Shown: piece after piece, positions 26,592-38,300 of the stretch
Position numbering within the stretch: the stretch's first letter is position 1
Layout of the letters: each line of letters begins with the position of its first letter
The notes under the pieces: generated by a model
What the model was told of the DNA's origin: nothing
The model's database searches: none
What the model saw: only the letters and a program-made list of their open reading frames with translations
Position numbers and translations under genes: made by a program
Source of the DNA: Iphione sp. A-MEVVRFRX5
Lineage: Eukaryota
DNA: 64,000 nt
NCBI GenBank assembly: GCA_976226885.1
Contig: OZ320323.1
Location: 44,392,001 to 44,456,000, forward strand
Direction of reading: 5' to 3'

Positions 26592-29500
26592 TCATCTAAC
26601 CTTGGGCATGTAGCGGTCCCTGCGGAGCCTCACCAACATCTGGATGTCCCACTCGGTGCGGGCGTAGGCTTGACTGCGGCTGAGGGGCAGCAGGCTGAAG
26701 GGCTGGAAGCCCTGGCGCAGCGGGCGCGGCCGCAGCGGGAAGAGGTGCGCGCGCTCGATGACGCACTCGAGCACGGACGACTTGATGGGCACGTGCAGGT
26801 AGTTGGAGATGCGCAGCAGCTGGGGCCGCAGCTGGTTGGGGTCGAGCAGCTCCTCGTAACCCAGGATGAGCAGGGGCAGGCCCGAGTCCAGCACCGTCCG
26901 GTAGGTGCGCTGCCACTGCTCCACTTTGCGGTGGGCGAACTGGTGCCAGGTCTTACCTGTACGTATTAAAAAAAGAGGAGCTTGTCCAAGAGAGAGGTCA
27001 TTTAAAATACGTGTTCATATGATACAATATAATTTTTTTTACACTTTTATTTCCTGGGATGAGAAATACATGTACTATGTAGATCCACGTTCCGTGTAAA
27101 CTAGCTAGAATAATGATAATGAATACGGAATGAAACAGAATAATAACAGAAGTATTTTCTACCAATAATTCAATCGGCCACATATGATGAATATTTGTAC
27201 TATACCGTTTAACATACGATCAATAATAGTTGTACTAGGACTCATATTGTGCACACAGTTGTAATGTACTTGTAGAGGCAGACTTAGCACTAACATGGCT
27301 TTTACGTATTTGATAATGATGAGGACACGAAAATTAACCAAATGCGGCGTACGACCCATGCAAATAGCGTCTATTTTAATACAATACTGAAAACTGCTTC
27401 CTTCACAGACTTCACTACAGACATCAGGGGAAGGGGGGGGGCGGAAAGCCCATTTTAAAAAGGTGTAATTATTAAACAAAACCCAAGAAACTACCACCTG
27501 AAACTACCCAGTGTTAGCGAGGCGAAGTAAGGACAGACAGCTGGGTGGGGGGGGGGAAGTTACTGACCGTAGTAAGCGGCCATGGGAGCCTCGAGGAAAG
27601 CCCCGCGGCCCTGCTCCAGGGCGAACTGCGTGCGCACCACGTCCTTCATGTTCCGGTAGACGACGATGGCGCCCTGGACGCCCTTCACGTCCTTGATGTT
27701 GTGCAGCATGACGGTCACCACCTGAACATCATCATCAACAAACAAACAAACAAACGACTTCATGAAGGAGCACTCACTCACTGACGTACACATGTACAGT
27801 TGACTATTTACGTGCTTTTCAAACATTGCCCCTCCCTCACTTGAAGCTCCATGGGACTGATCGCACAACATGTGGCGACAAATGGAACAAACTGGTGGGA
27901 ATGATGCAGTTTTTACCATTTGTGGGGTAGCTCATTGAGCTGTCAAGAATCAGGTGATCAGAATAATGTCTTATGATACTGGTTACAAAATGTTTCGAAG
28001 TTACGTGCCATGCGTCAATTATTTTGCCCACGTTATAGACAGATATGTACCTAGTGCTGACTGCTGCTGGTGAGGTAATCGACACCGTCAACCAGGGTTA
28101 CTGACGAGGAGCTGTAGACATGCACATTTCCAATGTGTCATTCACCCGCTGTACATTTCCTATTTGGCAGTCGGTCAGTTAACTACCAGACACCAGAATG
28201 CAGTTCCTTTACGAGTTGCTCTCGCCCTTTTTTCATTCCGTCGTTTCTTTGAAAAAAAAATACAGTTTTGTTTCTCTCTGAAATCTCGATTATTTGATGG
28301 CTGGCGTACCTTTTTGGTGATACCCTCTGCAGGGAAGTAGTCTGGGTGCTCGCTGGTGAGACTACCAGTGTATATCCCGGTCATCTGCTCGATCAGGTGC
28401 CTCGCCCAGTACACCCCCGATCCTGGGCTCCCCACGACAGCTGCAGTCATATCAAAAGAAATACATGTACGTACAAAACCACCATCTCACGTCTCGCCCA
28501 AATTCAGGTTCCACAGCTGCAAACTTGTATATCTTCACCTCCTGTAGTTAGGTCTGAGGTGCGTAAATCAAAGCAAACATGATCGATGCGCTATGGATGC
28601 AGAACATTTCTATTCACTTAGTCACATTGTATCACATATTTATATACAGTGTCCCCTCGCTAATAAGACCACTATTGGTTCTCATCCCAAGTGGTCTGAA
28701 TAGGAGTGGTCTTATTAGAGAGGGGTATTTATATACATGTATAGAATTCTGTTCTTTAAAAATGGTCTTATTAGGGAGGTGGTCTGATTAGAGAGGTGGT
28801 CTTAGACCGAGGGGACACTGTATTCAAACAGTTTCGTTTATTCCTCTAGCCTTATTGTCAAATAAGTCTCGTTGGTGGCAGAAATGCGTACAGAGTCTCG
28901 AACTTAAGTGTCTGAAATGAGGGAGACTGAAACCCATTACTTAACAACTTCTCCCCACATTTATAAATTGTGATAATTCGCGATTATACAGGACACAAAA
29001 GGATGTACGACAATAGGAAGAGACAGTTAGAGAGAAACAGACAGACAAACAAACAGCCAAAGTGAACAAGAGAGACACATGGGACGAAAGAGAGAGACAA
29101 GTGAACAGGAATGGGAGAGGGACAGACAGACAGACAGACAGACAGACAGAAGCTCTTTCCATTTTGTCCATAGTAATGACCCACAGGCCTTAAGTACACT
29201 CCTGACACTTGGCAATCCTGCAGTGCTAAACTGTGTATATCTAGTGAGGCGATTAAAAAATTGCCATTGACTCCAATGCTACATGTTTGTCTCTGGTCCC
29301 AACTCCTGTAAATTCAAAGCACGCGTCTTGATTGGCCAGAACATCTGTCACATCATGAAAAGTGATCAATACTTTCACACAAGGCGGGAATAAAATGTGG
29401 AGCTTGCCTATTGACCCATCGCTGAACGTCGAAGTAGCGGGTAGCATGGACGTCACTTTTATGTAATTGCGACATTGACTCAATTTTAAGCGATCTGATT

Positions 29501-32237
29501 GGTCAGTTCTCATAACGACGTCACAATTTGCAAAAGTGACATCAGCAGTACCCGTTACCTCAGCCGCTGGCGATTGACTCATTGGCACGCTGATGCTGCC
29601 ATAACTTGATTTCGTCCCTGTTCATACATTAGCAGCACTGGGCAACTTTTAATGCACAACTTCGTTTTCAAAGGAATCTAAGTTGATATGGTTGATTCTT
29701 AGTGTTATACATATTTTGCTGAGTTGCTTTACTAAACTTAATTCTTTAGTAGTGGTAGTACATGGCTACTTTTTCACCTAAGCATATGCCTGTGTATTTA
29801 CGCTGTTGCATGAGTTGCTGCCTTACCAGAACTCAAAGTATATTGTCTGGGGATATGATCCTGTGGGTTCTCTCAGCCCAGACTTACCCACTCCTCTTTA
29901 ATTCCTAGCTTCCCATGAGATGAGGTTGCTAATACAGATTCTGTTCTAAATGAATCTAGCATTTTACTAGCATATACAGTGGGACATCCCCTTGTGGACA
30001 CGTCTGGGATGCGGACACGTCTCCAATGCGGATAATTTGGAGAAGAACCGACCTGGTTCCCATACATTACCATTATCAGCGAACGTCTTGAATTTCCCTT
30101 GATGTCCCCCTAGGGACAACGTGATTTAGTGCGAATTTGGGGCTCCAGGGAGGCTTAGAAGTTATTTTCAAAGGTAGACATAAATAAACCCTGTGTATGA
30201 AGTGTTGGTTTAATCATCAAATTACCTACTTCTAGGACTTTTACTCGTCAAATTCTGCGCTTTCAAGACTCTAACTCGTAAAATTCAGCACTTCTAGGAC
30301 CCCCAATTCATATCCTACCAACAGATCTACAATACGGCCACGTCTGAAATGCAGACAATTTGGAGAAGAACAGAGGGTGTCCGTAATTGGGAAGCTGCAC
30401 TGTACATCTCACGTTACTTCACGCACAAATGTCACACTTGACCATTAAGGGAGTGGGTGTTTATCTGTCGGATTTCATCACTCACCCTCCACACTTGCAC
30501 TGAAACTGAATCAATAATCAATGTCGCCGATTAGCATCACTGTCGATGGAAGTGTGACAAATAGTGTTTTGTGCAGCTAAATAGGCATAAAGGGCCCTTG
30601 TATAAAATGTAAAAGGAGCAGTTTTGTAGGTGCAGGTTAAAAACAATATCGTTCTTTAATTTTGGCTTCTCTCTAGAGCTGTTTTGAACTGCTCTGGAGA
30701 CTCCTGCCACACCAGTTGAACAGGTAAGCTGTTCCAGTCTTGAATAGTGAGTGTTAGGAAGCTGTTCAGGTATACCTCAGTGGATAGGTATGTACTGGTA
30801 GGTGTTAGAGTGGCAATTAGGCCTAAACAAAAAAAAAAACTGTGTTTCTGGTAACCTGACTGACCCTATCTATGTACCAGTCGTGACGTTTTATTTTGTT
30901 CTTGTTTTGTGCATATCTTGGGAGTGAATTAGGATAGACACACATTCTATACATCAATGTGTTCCTTATATCACTAGCTTTTGGCTCTATTCTACTTTCC
31001 TGGTCCCGCTGTATCGTGCTGCGAATCACTACGCCAAGCCTTATTATACGCCTTTATTGACTGTCATAGACATACACCCAGAGAAAACAGTCCCCAAACC
31101 TTTAGAAAAAGCGATTTTACTTTAGGGTTAGGGTAAGGGTTAGACATATATTTCAATCGAAATCCATGGGGGGTATGTGGGGTCCTCCCCCCACAATTTA
31201 GAACAAGTGATTTTACTTTAGGAGTAGGGTAGGGTTAAGGTTAGACATATTTCAATCACAATCAAAGGGGGGTGTTGGGGGTCTCCCCCCCCCAAAAAAA
31301 ATTAGAAATAGTGATTTTTTTCAAGGGTTAGGGTAAGGGTTATGGTTAGCAATGTTACTGATGAACAAAACTAAATAAATGTTACCTGGAAGACATTTAT
31401 CACATAGTCTTGGTAGAAGGGTTTCCCCTAGGGTGAGAGGGGGAACATAGTGTCTCAGGGAAAACCCTCCCTGGGGTCAAGGTCACGGTGAAAGTAGCAC
31501 GGTCAGGACCAGTAAATTAGAATTTTACCGTAGCTTTCATTTGATATGTTTAAAAAGACACCCGAAACACCCGTACTGACCAACTCATTCAGTTTTTAAC
31601 ATGTTATCAGAAACCCAGCTATTTTTGGGGGGGCCCTATTACCAGTTACTGACAGTAGGTATGATGGGAGAGTGATGGCAAGCTAGGGTAGAGTTAGAGT
31701 TGATGGAGTGTTGGCTATTGGAGCTGAGACGACACCTTGATACTTTATTCTCTGCTATAGTCTTTGCACTGGTTGATTACAGTGAGGTCAGAGAGGGTAG
31801 ATATGAGTTACATCTGAGTCTGACCACTTCTAAAACACATATACCGGTACCTATGCAATACCTCCTTCCTTCCCTCTCTCCACCTATCATTTATTTCCAT
31901 ATCGTGCAGCGAGGGGGGGGGGGTGAATGGGATGTCTCCAACTTTCTTGCAACATCAACTACATCTACATGTATGTAATATCTTGATAAAAGTGTACATT
32001 CTAACAATGTATACATGTTATGCACAAGCAAGTGCAGACGAACTCACCTATGATGGGCTGCGGTTTGGGTGACCAACGCATCATTCTGTTGCATTGCCCA
32101 TTTGGTAGATCACCTAGAAGAGAAGCCAACCAATGCGAGGATAATACAATACTGAATAAATAACATATTACTACGATACAACCTAAAAGAAAAAGGATGA
32201 AAGCCTTGTGCTTTCCTCGGACCTTGATGGTGTACAT
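26592..32237 (-). CDS. WSCD-family (WSCD1/2-like) sulfotransferase-domain type II membrane protein without WSC domains, about 325 aa
   Basis: Exons (minus) 32237-32048, 29955-29888, 29217-29148, 28440-28310, 27721-27568, 26956-26592, all phase-consistent. N-terminal signal anchor AFILFLLGCIVVICYLFSIVL. GSPGSGVYWARHLIEQMTGIYTGS resembles WSCD [24 protein letters not shown]. Also GAIVVYRN and LLILGYEEL. The last three exons are secure; the two short middle exons are less so. Confidence 0.75.
28647..28820. mobile_element. Tc1/mariner-type MITE
   Basis: TIR CAGTGTCCCCTCG / CGAGGGGACACTG, with TA on both flanks. Confidence 0.88.
29405..29590. mobile_element. Palindromic MITE-like element (family copy 3, core inverted)
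   Basis: Inverted arms; core is the reverse complement of that at about 24730-24790. Confidence 0.55.
29977..30402. mobile_element. Older TA-flanked CAGTG-ended MITE
   Basis: TA|CAGTG...GGACAC at the left and GTGTCC...CACTG|TA at the right; the arms are degenerate. Confidence 0.5.
31120..31350. repeat. About 3 copies of a roughly 95-bp unit with TTAGGG-like motifs
   Basis: TTTAGGGTTAGGGTAAGGGTTAG recurs with shared spacers. Confidence 0.7.
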
Positions 32238-32879
32238 CACTGGCGGCCATTACCCGCTAATATGCAGGTACACGTGAATTTTAAAATGCAGGTATCGTAA
32301 CACATAGTGGCATTACCTAGAGCTAACTGTACTGTTACATTACTATACGTACCCATGTCTATGTGATCAATCACTTATTACTAATTTAGCCTCAAAATAT
32401 TTCATACAACAGTACACAGGACTACCTATCTCCTTTTTAATATTTCTCAAGTGCAATTTGTGGAGAAAAGAGGTATTGTAGCACTGCTGTTATGTAGTAG
32501 GTGTAAATACTGAGGACGTAGGTAAACCTGATGTTAATAGGGCCTTGATTCATTTTTGTAAATAGATGCTGTGTGATACGAAGCTATACAAAATCTGTCG
32601 TAAACTGGCGTAAACAGACTGTCAACATAGCCCTCTCTTTTTCATGTGAGGGTCGAGTTAGCAAATCATTTGGTATTCCTACTCTGACTTAGGAAAATGA
32701 TGCATTTTCTACTAATCTTTGGTGTAATATCTTTGTTTAGAGGGTGTGTTTAATCCTTCATTCTTAGCCACGGGAAAAAATGCATGGGAAAAAAGAACTT
32801 GTATAAAACCCCGAACTACTTTCGGAACCAGTAACTGCGACCAAAGCAAAGAGCGTATAACCAAAAGGCCCATCGCCGC

Positions 32880-33436
32880 TTACCAGCGAAAGTGGAACTC
32901 GCGCCATTTTCAAGACTAGAAGTGTGTCGTTCAAGTGGTATTTCTGTGTTGCTTTGGATGCTGTGATCAAAATGTAAGTCGCTCCATATATAAAGAGTGT
33001 TAATCGCAGATGTCATGTGAAGGCATTGTTTTCTGTGCTATGACGAGGCTGACATGTCAGCGTGACTGAAATATGAAGTGACATTTGACAAGAGCTGTGT
33101 GTTACATCGATCGATGAAACTCAAGACAGCCTGCAGCCAAAACGACCGAGATGATCCGTTAGCGGAACATGTTGATTTCATTTTGAATTAAATCTATAGA
33201 ATAAGATAATTTAATAAGGAGAAATGGTGAACCCATCGTTTGTACACTAGAGCCTTACAGTGTTGTCAAAGTCGTTTACGGTGCCGCTGTTACGTCAACT
33301 AGTCCACACGTTAACCGATCCAAACATGAACTAGTGCTAGTAGTGGTCCAAACGTACGTCAGTGGTGTTTGTCTGAGCAATTAAGTGAGATGCGAGTGAA
33401 ATGTCGACTAACCTTGCGTCCTTCCCCGAGGTGAGA
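32880..33436. promoter_or_regulatory. Putative bidirectional promoter / noncoding first exons between the WSCD-like gene and POLD1
   Basis: The genes are head-to-head and this stretch is CpG-richer. YY1-like GCGCCATTTT at 32901-32910. Minus-strand donor CTG|GTAAGC at 32884/32883 and plus-strand donor GAG|GTGAGA at 33430/33431. Acceptor TTTTTAAG at 35386, just before the POLD1 ATG. Confidence 0.4.
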
Positions 33437-33743
33437 CTGACAAGGTTAGTTAATGAGACCACTCCCTATTCCGACCATTTGAGTTCAGTCATCATCATCA
33501 TCATCATCGGATGCCGTCTTCATCACAAAGGTGGGCTGCCATGATCCTCCAGTTTGAGTTCAGTGCAGTCTGCGTATTAGTGAGGTTCAACTGTATAGAG
33601 AGTGCATAAAATGGATATAAATCTAAATAATTGCTACTGATATGATGTACAGTTGGCCAGTGTTAACCATATAACCAGTATAGAAGAGCGCGGACATCCG
33701 GGGACTTCGGGGGCAGTGAGGCGGAACCGCTGAAAACAAAGGT

Positions 33744-34056
33744 NNNNNNNNNNNNNNNNNNNNNNNNNNNNNNNNNNNNNNNNNNNNNNNNNNNNNNNNN
33801 NNNNNNNNNNNNNNNNNNNNNNNNNNNNNNNNNNNNNNNNNNNNNNNNNNNNNNNNNNNNNNNNNNNNNNNNNNNNNNNNNNNNNNNNNNNNNNNNNNNN
33901 NNNNNNNNNNNNNNNNNNNNNNNNNNNNNNNNNNNNNNNNNNNNNNNNNNNNNNNNNNNNNNNNNNNNNNNNNNNNNNNNNNNNNNNNNNNNNNNNNNNN
34001 NNNNNNNNNNNNNNNNNNNNNNNNNNNNNNNNNNNNNNNNNNNNNNNNNNNNNNNN
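33744..34056. other. Assembly gap
   Basis: Run of N. Confidence 0.99.
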
Positions 34057-34159
34057 GGGAGAGAGAAAGGGAGAGGGGGAGGGAGGGAGGGAGGGAGAGA
34101 GAAAGGGAGAGAAAGGAGGGAGGGAGGGAGAAAGAGAGAGACTTATCTAAACACATTTA

Positions 34160-34850
34160 AATATGTATACTTGCACAAACCTCAACATGAATATACACAC
34201 ACCTATATCTATACACTCCACAAAGGTGCATACACCAATACACATCCATACATACATCTATACACACAACTAAACATATACACACCAGATAAAGCTGCAT
34301 ACACTGATACACACCTAAACACACATCTGTACACACAACTACACATATATCTATACACCACACAAAGGTGCATACACCAATACACATCCAAACACATCTA
34401 TACACACAAATACACATATATCTATACACCAAATAAAGCTGCATACACCAATACACATCCAAACACACATCTATACACACAAATACACATATATCTATAA
34501 ACCACACAAAGGTGCATATACCAATACACATCCAAACACAGATCTATACATACAAATACACATATATCTATAAACCACACAAAGTTGCATACACCAATAC
34601 ACATCCAAACACACATCTATACACACAAATACACATATATCTATAAACCACACAAAGCTGCATACACCAATACACATCCAAACACACATCTATACACACA
34701 AATATACATATATCTATACACCAGATAAAGCTGCATACACCAATACACATCCAAACACACAACTACACATATATTTATACACCACACAAAGGTGCATACA
34801 CCAATACACATCCAAACACACATCTATACACGTACACAACTGCATGCCTA
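34160..34850. repeat. 73-bp CA-rich minisatellite, about 9 copies
   Basis: Unit ATACACATCCAAACACACATCTATACACACAAATACACATATATCTATAAACCACACAAAGCTGCATACACCA. The minus-strand ORF starts in the track are spaced 73 bp apart. Confidence 0.9.
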
Positions 34851-35019
34851 TATATAGGCAGTATAGAGCCCATAGTGTTTGATTTCAGCGGTTCTGCTTC
34901 AATGCCCACGGGTGTGACGTAGCTCCGCGCTCTTCCATACACATTTCCCCCATATCTAAATACATTGTAAAGGCACTATATGATATTTAGTAAGATCTCA
35001 GATCCTAAGAGGCCTCATA

Positions 35020-35200
35020 ATCCTAGTAACCCTATGATGATCACTATGGTAACCCTGTGATGATCACTATGGTAACCCTAAAATGATCACAATGGTACCC
35101 TACAGGACCCACTATAGTGATCTTATAGTGAGCACTATATAGTAACTATATGGGGACCATTATAATAACCCTATGGTGATCACTATGGTAACCCTGCAGG
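35020..35200. repeat. 22-bp tandem repeat (TAACCCTATGATGATCACTATGG-like)
   Basis: Direct reading. Confidence 0.75.
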
Positions 35201-35398
35201 GCCTACTATACCAAGTCCATTGTGACCGCTAAAGTTACACAATTGGATGCACTATAGTAACTAAAGTCATAAAGCCATAAAATTTGTCTTCTAAACCTGC
35301 AATGAACTGCTTGTCCATTTGAACTGAAACGTTTTTCCCCATTCTTTTCTCTGTTACATTTTAAAATTGGATCTGTCCTTTTTAAGTGAAAAACTACA

Positions 35399-38300
35399 AT
35401 GGATTCCAAGAGAAAACCTAACAATAAAGGTCCTCAGCCGGCAAAAAGATTCAAGTAAGTATGTGTTGTCATGTGTCAAAGACTGATTTTTTCATTCTTG
35501 TGCTGTATCAACTTGCCACATCAAGCTTACATGGGCACATGTACGATGCAGTTGGTTTCACGTCTCATTGATAATACACGTCCTTAGTGTGTTGTGTCGG
35601 ATGCCATTTTTTCCGCCATAGAGTAAAGAGGTCATAGTTTGATATCCAGATCCTTTACATAATTCTTTTTGTCTTTGGATCTTCCGGATTATGGAGCGTA
35701 ATAAGCTTATTTATTAGTAGAACTGGCAACTCACATGCAAAGTTTAGCATTTAGTACATGTAGTTGTTGAAAATTTTTCAACATTATGGGATTTTTTTTT
35801 CATCTAAATTTCCAGAAATGACTTGGACGAGGATGATCCATCGACATTCGAAGCAGAGCTGGCCATGTTGGATGATGTGGAGCTCGAAGTGCGAGGAGAG
35901 GAACTTACAGGTGTGACTCTCAATTAATGACTCATGTCTGCTTCTAAAACTGGTAAATGTGTAAAGGGAAGTTGGAATAAGAAAGAATTATTCCCTTAAA
36001 AATACATCATTAGGAACTGTTCAAGGTTATTACCTCAAATTCCCAGTATTCGGGACGTACACAAATTTCTTACCTTATTGATGAACAGAAATTTATGTTC
36101 AAAAGGACCTCTCCGAATTCAAGATTAAACTGTTTTCATTTCAGGGCAGGGACCTGAAGCTCAGGTGACACATGCACGCTGGGCCCGTCCACAGGCACCA
36201 GATATCGACCCCCAAACAGACACACTGATCTTCCAGCAGCTTGACTGTGATACATACACAGGTGCGTAGGTCTTACCATGCATAACAAGAGGTGTACTGA
36301 AATTGACTTTGATACATAGACAGGTACGTTATTCTTACTATGCATGACAACAGGTGTAATCAGATTGACTGTGATACATACACAGGTACATAATTCTTAC
36401 TATGCATGACAACAGGTGTAATCAGATTGACTGTGATACATACACAGGTACATAATTCTTACTATGCATGGCAAGAGGTGTAATCAGATTGACTGTAATA
36501 CATGCTCAGGTACGTAGGTCTTATAGTGAGGTACAAAAAGGTGTAAACAAATTTACCGTGATGGCTACACAGGTACATAGGTCTTACTGTGCATGACAAA
36601 AGGTGTAAACAGATTGACTGTGGTACATACTTAGATACATAGGTCTTATAGTGAGGCACAAGAGGTGTGAAAAGATCGACTGTGATACATACCCAGATGG
36701 ACTGTGATACCTACATGTGCACATATAGGTCTGGGCATGAGGTAGATAGGTGTAAATTCAAGAGATGTATCATCTCTCTCTGTTATATGCACTGACAATT
36801 TTTTCAAGGACTAGTTCATGCTGTGGACTTCAGAAACATTTTTGACATATTTTTTTTTTCAGGTGTCCACATGCCTGGTATGCCTGGAGCAACATCAGGA
36901 CCCACCCCTATCCTGCGAATGTACGGAGTCACTGAGTCAGGACACAGCATAATGGCGCATATTCATGGATTCACCCCTTATTTCCATGTGGCTGCACAAG
37001 AAGGCTTCAAAGAAACAGATTGTGGGAAGTTCAGAGTAAGTGCATTAAGAGGGTAAAAAGATGAACGCTGCCTGTAAAACCATCAACTTTTAGTCTTGTA
37101 AAAATATAAAAGAAAAGAGGATCAAGAAGTGAGCGAAGTTCAAGCCTGTCAGTGCACAGAAAGGCTCCCAAGTTATGACTTAAGGAGTGTTGTAGGAGTG
37201 TTATAAGATTTCTAAATGTCATTGGCTCATGTAGAGAGCTCATGAATAGGTGATGTTGTCTTGTTGACAGTACATGTATGTGTTGTCTTTATTTTAGGAT
37301 GCGTTGAATGGCGTTGTGATTCGTGATATGAGGTCGAATCGGGAGAATATCACACAGGCCGTGCTTGCTGTGGAAGTGGAACACAAAGAAAGTATCTATG
37401 GCTTTCACAGCAATCGGAAACACCCCTTCCTGAAGATCACCATGGCCCTGCCACGCCTAATCGCTGCTGCCAAACGTTTACTTGAGCAGGGCTTCCAGTG
37501 TCCAGGATACTCCACTCACGGCTACCAGGCCTATGAGAGTGATGTAGGATTTGAGATCAGGTGAGATGTGCAAGTCCACTGTCACAGTGTTTGGTGTAAG
37601 TGGTTTGAATGTCCAGCATGCAGATACCAACTGTATTTTTACTTTCCTATGACATTGTATAGATTAATCCCATAACTGTTGTCTCCATTGCTTGCCGACA
37701 GATTCATGGTGGACTGTCACGTTGTCGGGTGTAACTGGATTGAATGTCCAGCAGGCCGGTATCAGCTGCGTTCACGGAAGGACTCCTCAGCAGACCCAGC
37801 CCATCCAGGCCGTGTGTCCCGCTGCCAGCTTGAGATCGATGTTTCCTGGGAAGAACTTGTTTCCCACCCGGCTGAGGGTGACTGGCAGCGTATTGCACCA
37901 CTCCGCATTCTTAGTTTTGACATAGAGTGTGCGGGCAGGAAAGGTGAGTTATCACCACTCTCTTCTTTGTCGAAATGGTGCATGAAATAGTAGTCAAGTG
38001 GTTTGATTACCATGATATTGTAGAATCATCTTCTTATGACGTAAATTGGCACCGAAAGGATAGTTAATATCAAAATATCAGTGGGGCTTATCAAAGCTTA
38101 TCAGACTAGGCTCTCTCCCTATCCATTCCCCAGCTCTTTATGTGTGAGTTTGTGCTTATGTTCCTGTGTATAATGTCTGCATAATTGTCTCATTTGTAAC
38201 TCCACTATTAATTATGTGATAAAAATTTTATTTCTGGGTTAACACAGGTATATTTCCTGAGCCTGATAAGGACCCGGTGATTCAAATTGCTAACATGGTG

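Larger units (their letters stand above)
33681..34937. mobile_element. Foldback-like nonautonomous element with about 60-bp TIRs, TA flanks and an internal minisatellite (spans an N gap)
   Basis: TA|TAGAAGAGCGCGGA... at the left and ...TCCGCGCTCTTCCA|TA at the right. 33681-33743 is an imperfect reverse complement of 34878-34937. Confidence 0.6.

Noticed and set aside
31120-31350. Interstitial telomere
   Set aside because: Only 2-3 TTAGGG-like units per longer repeat unit, so not a telomeric array.
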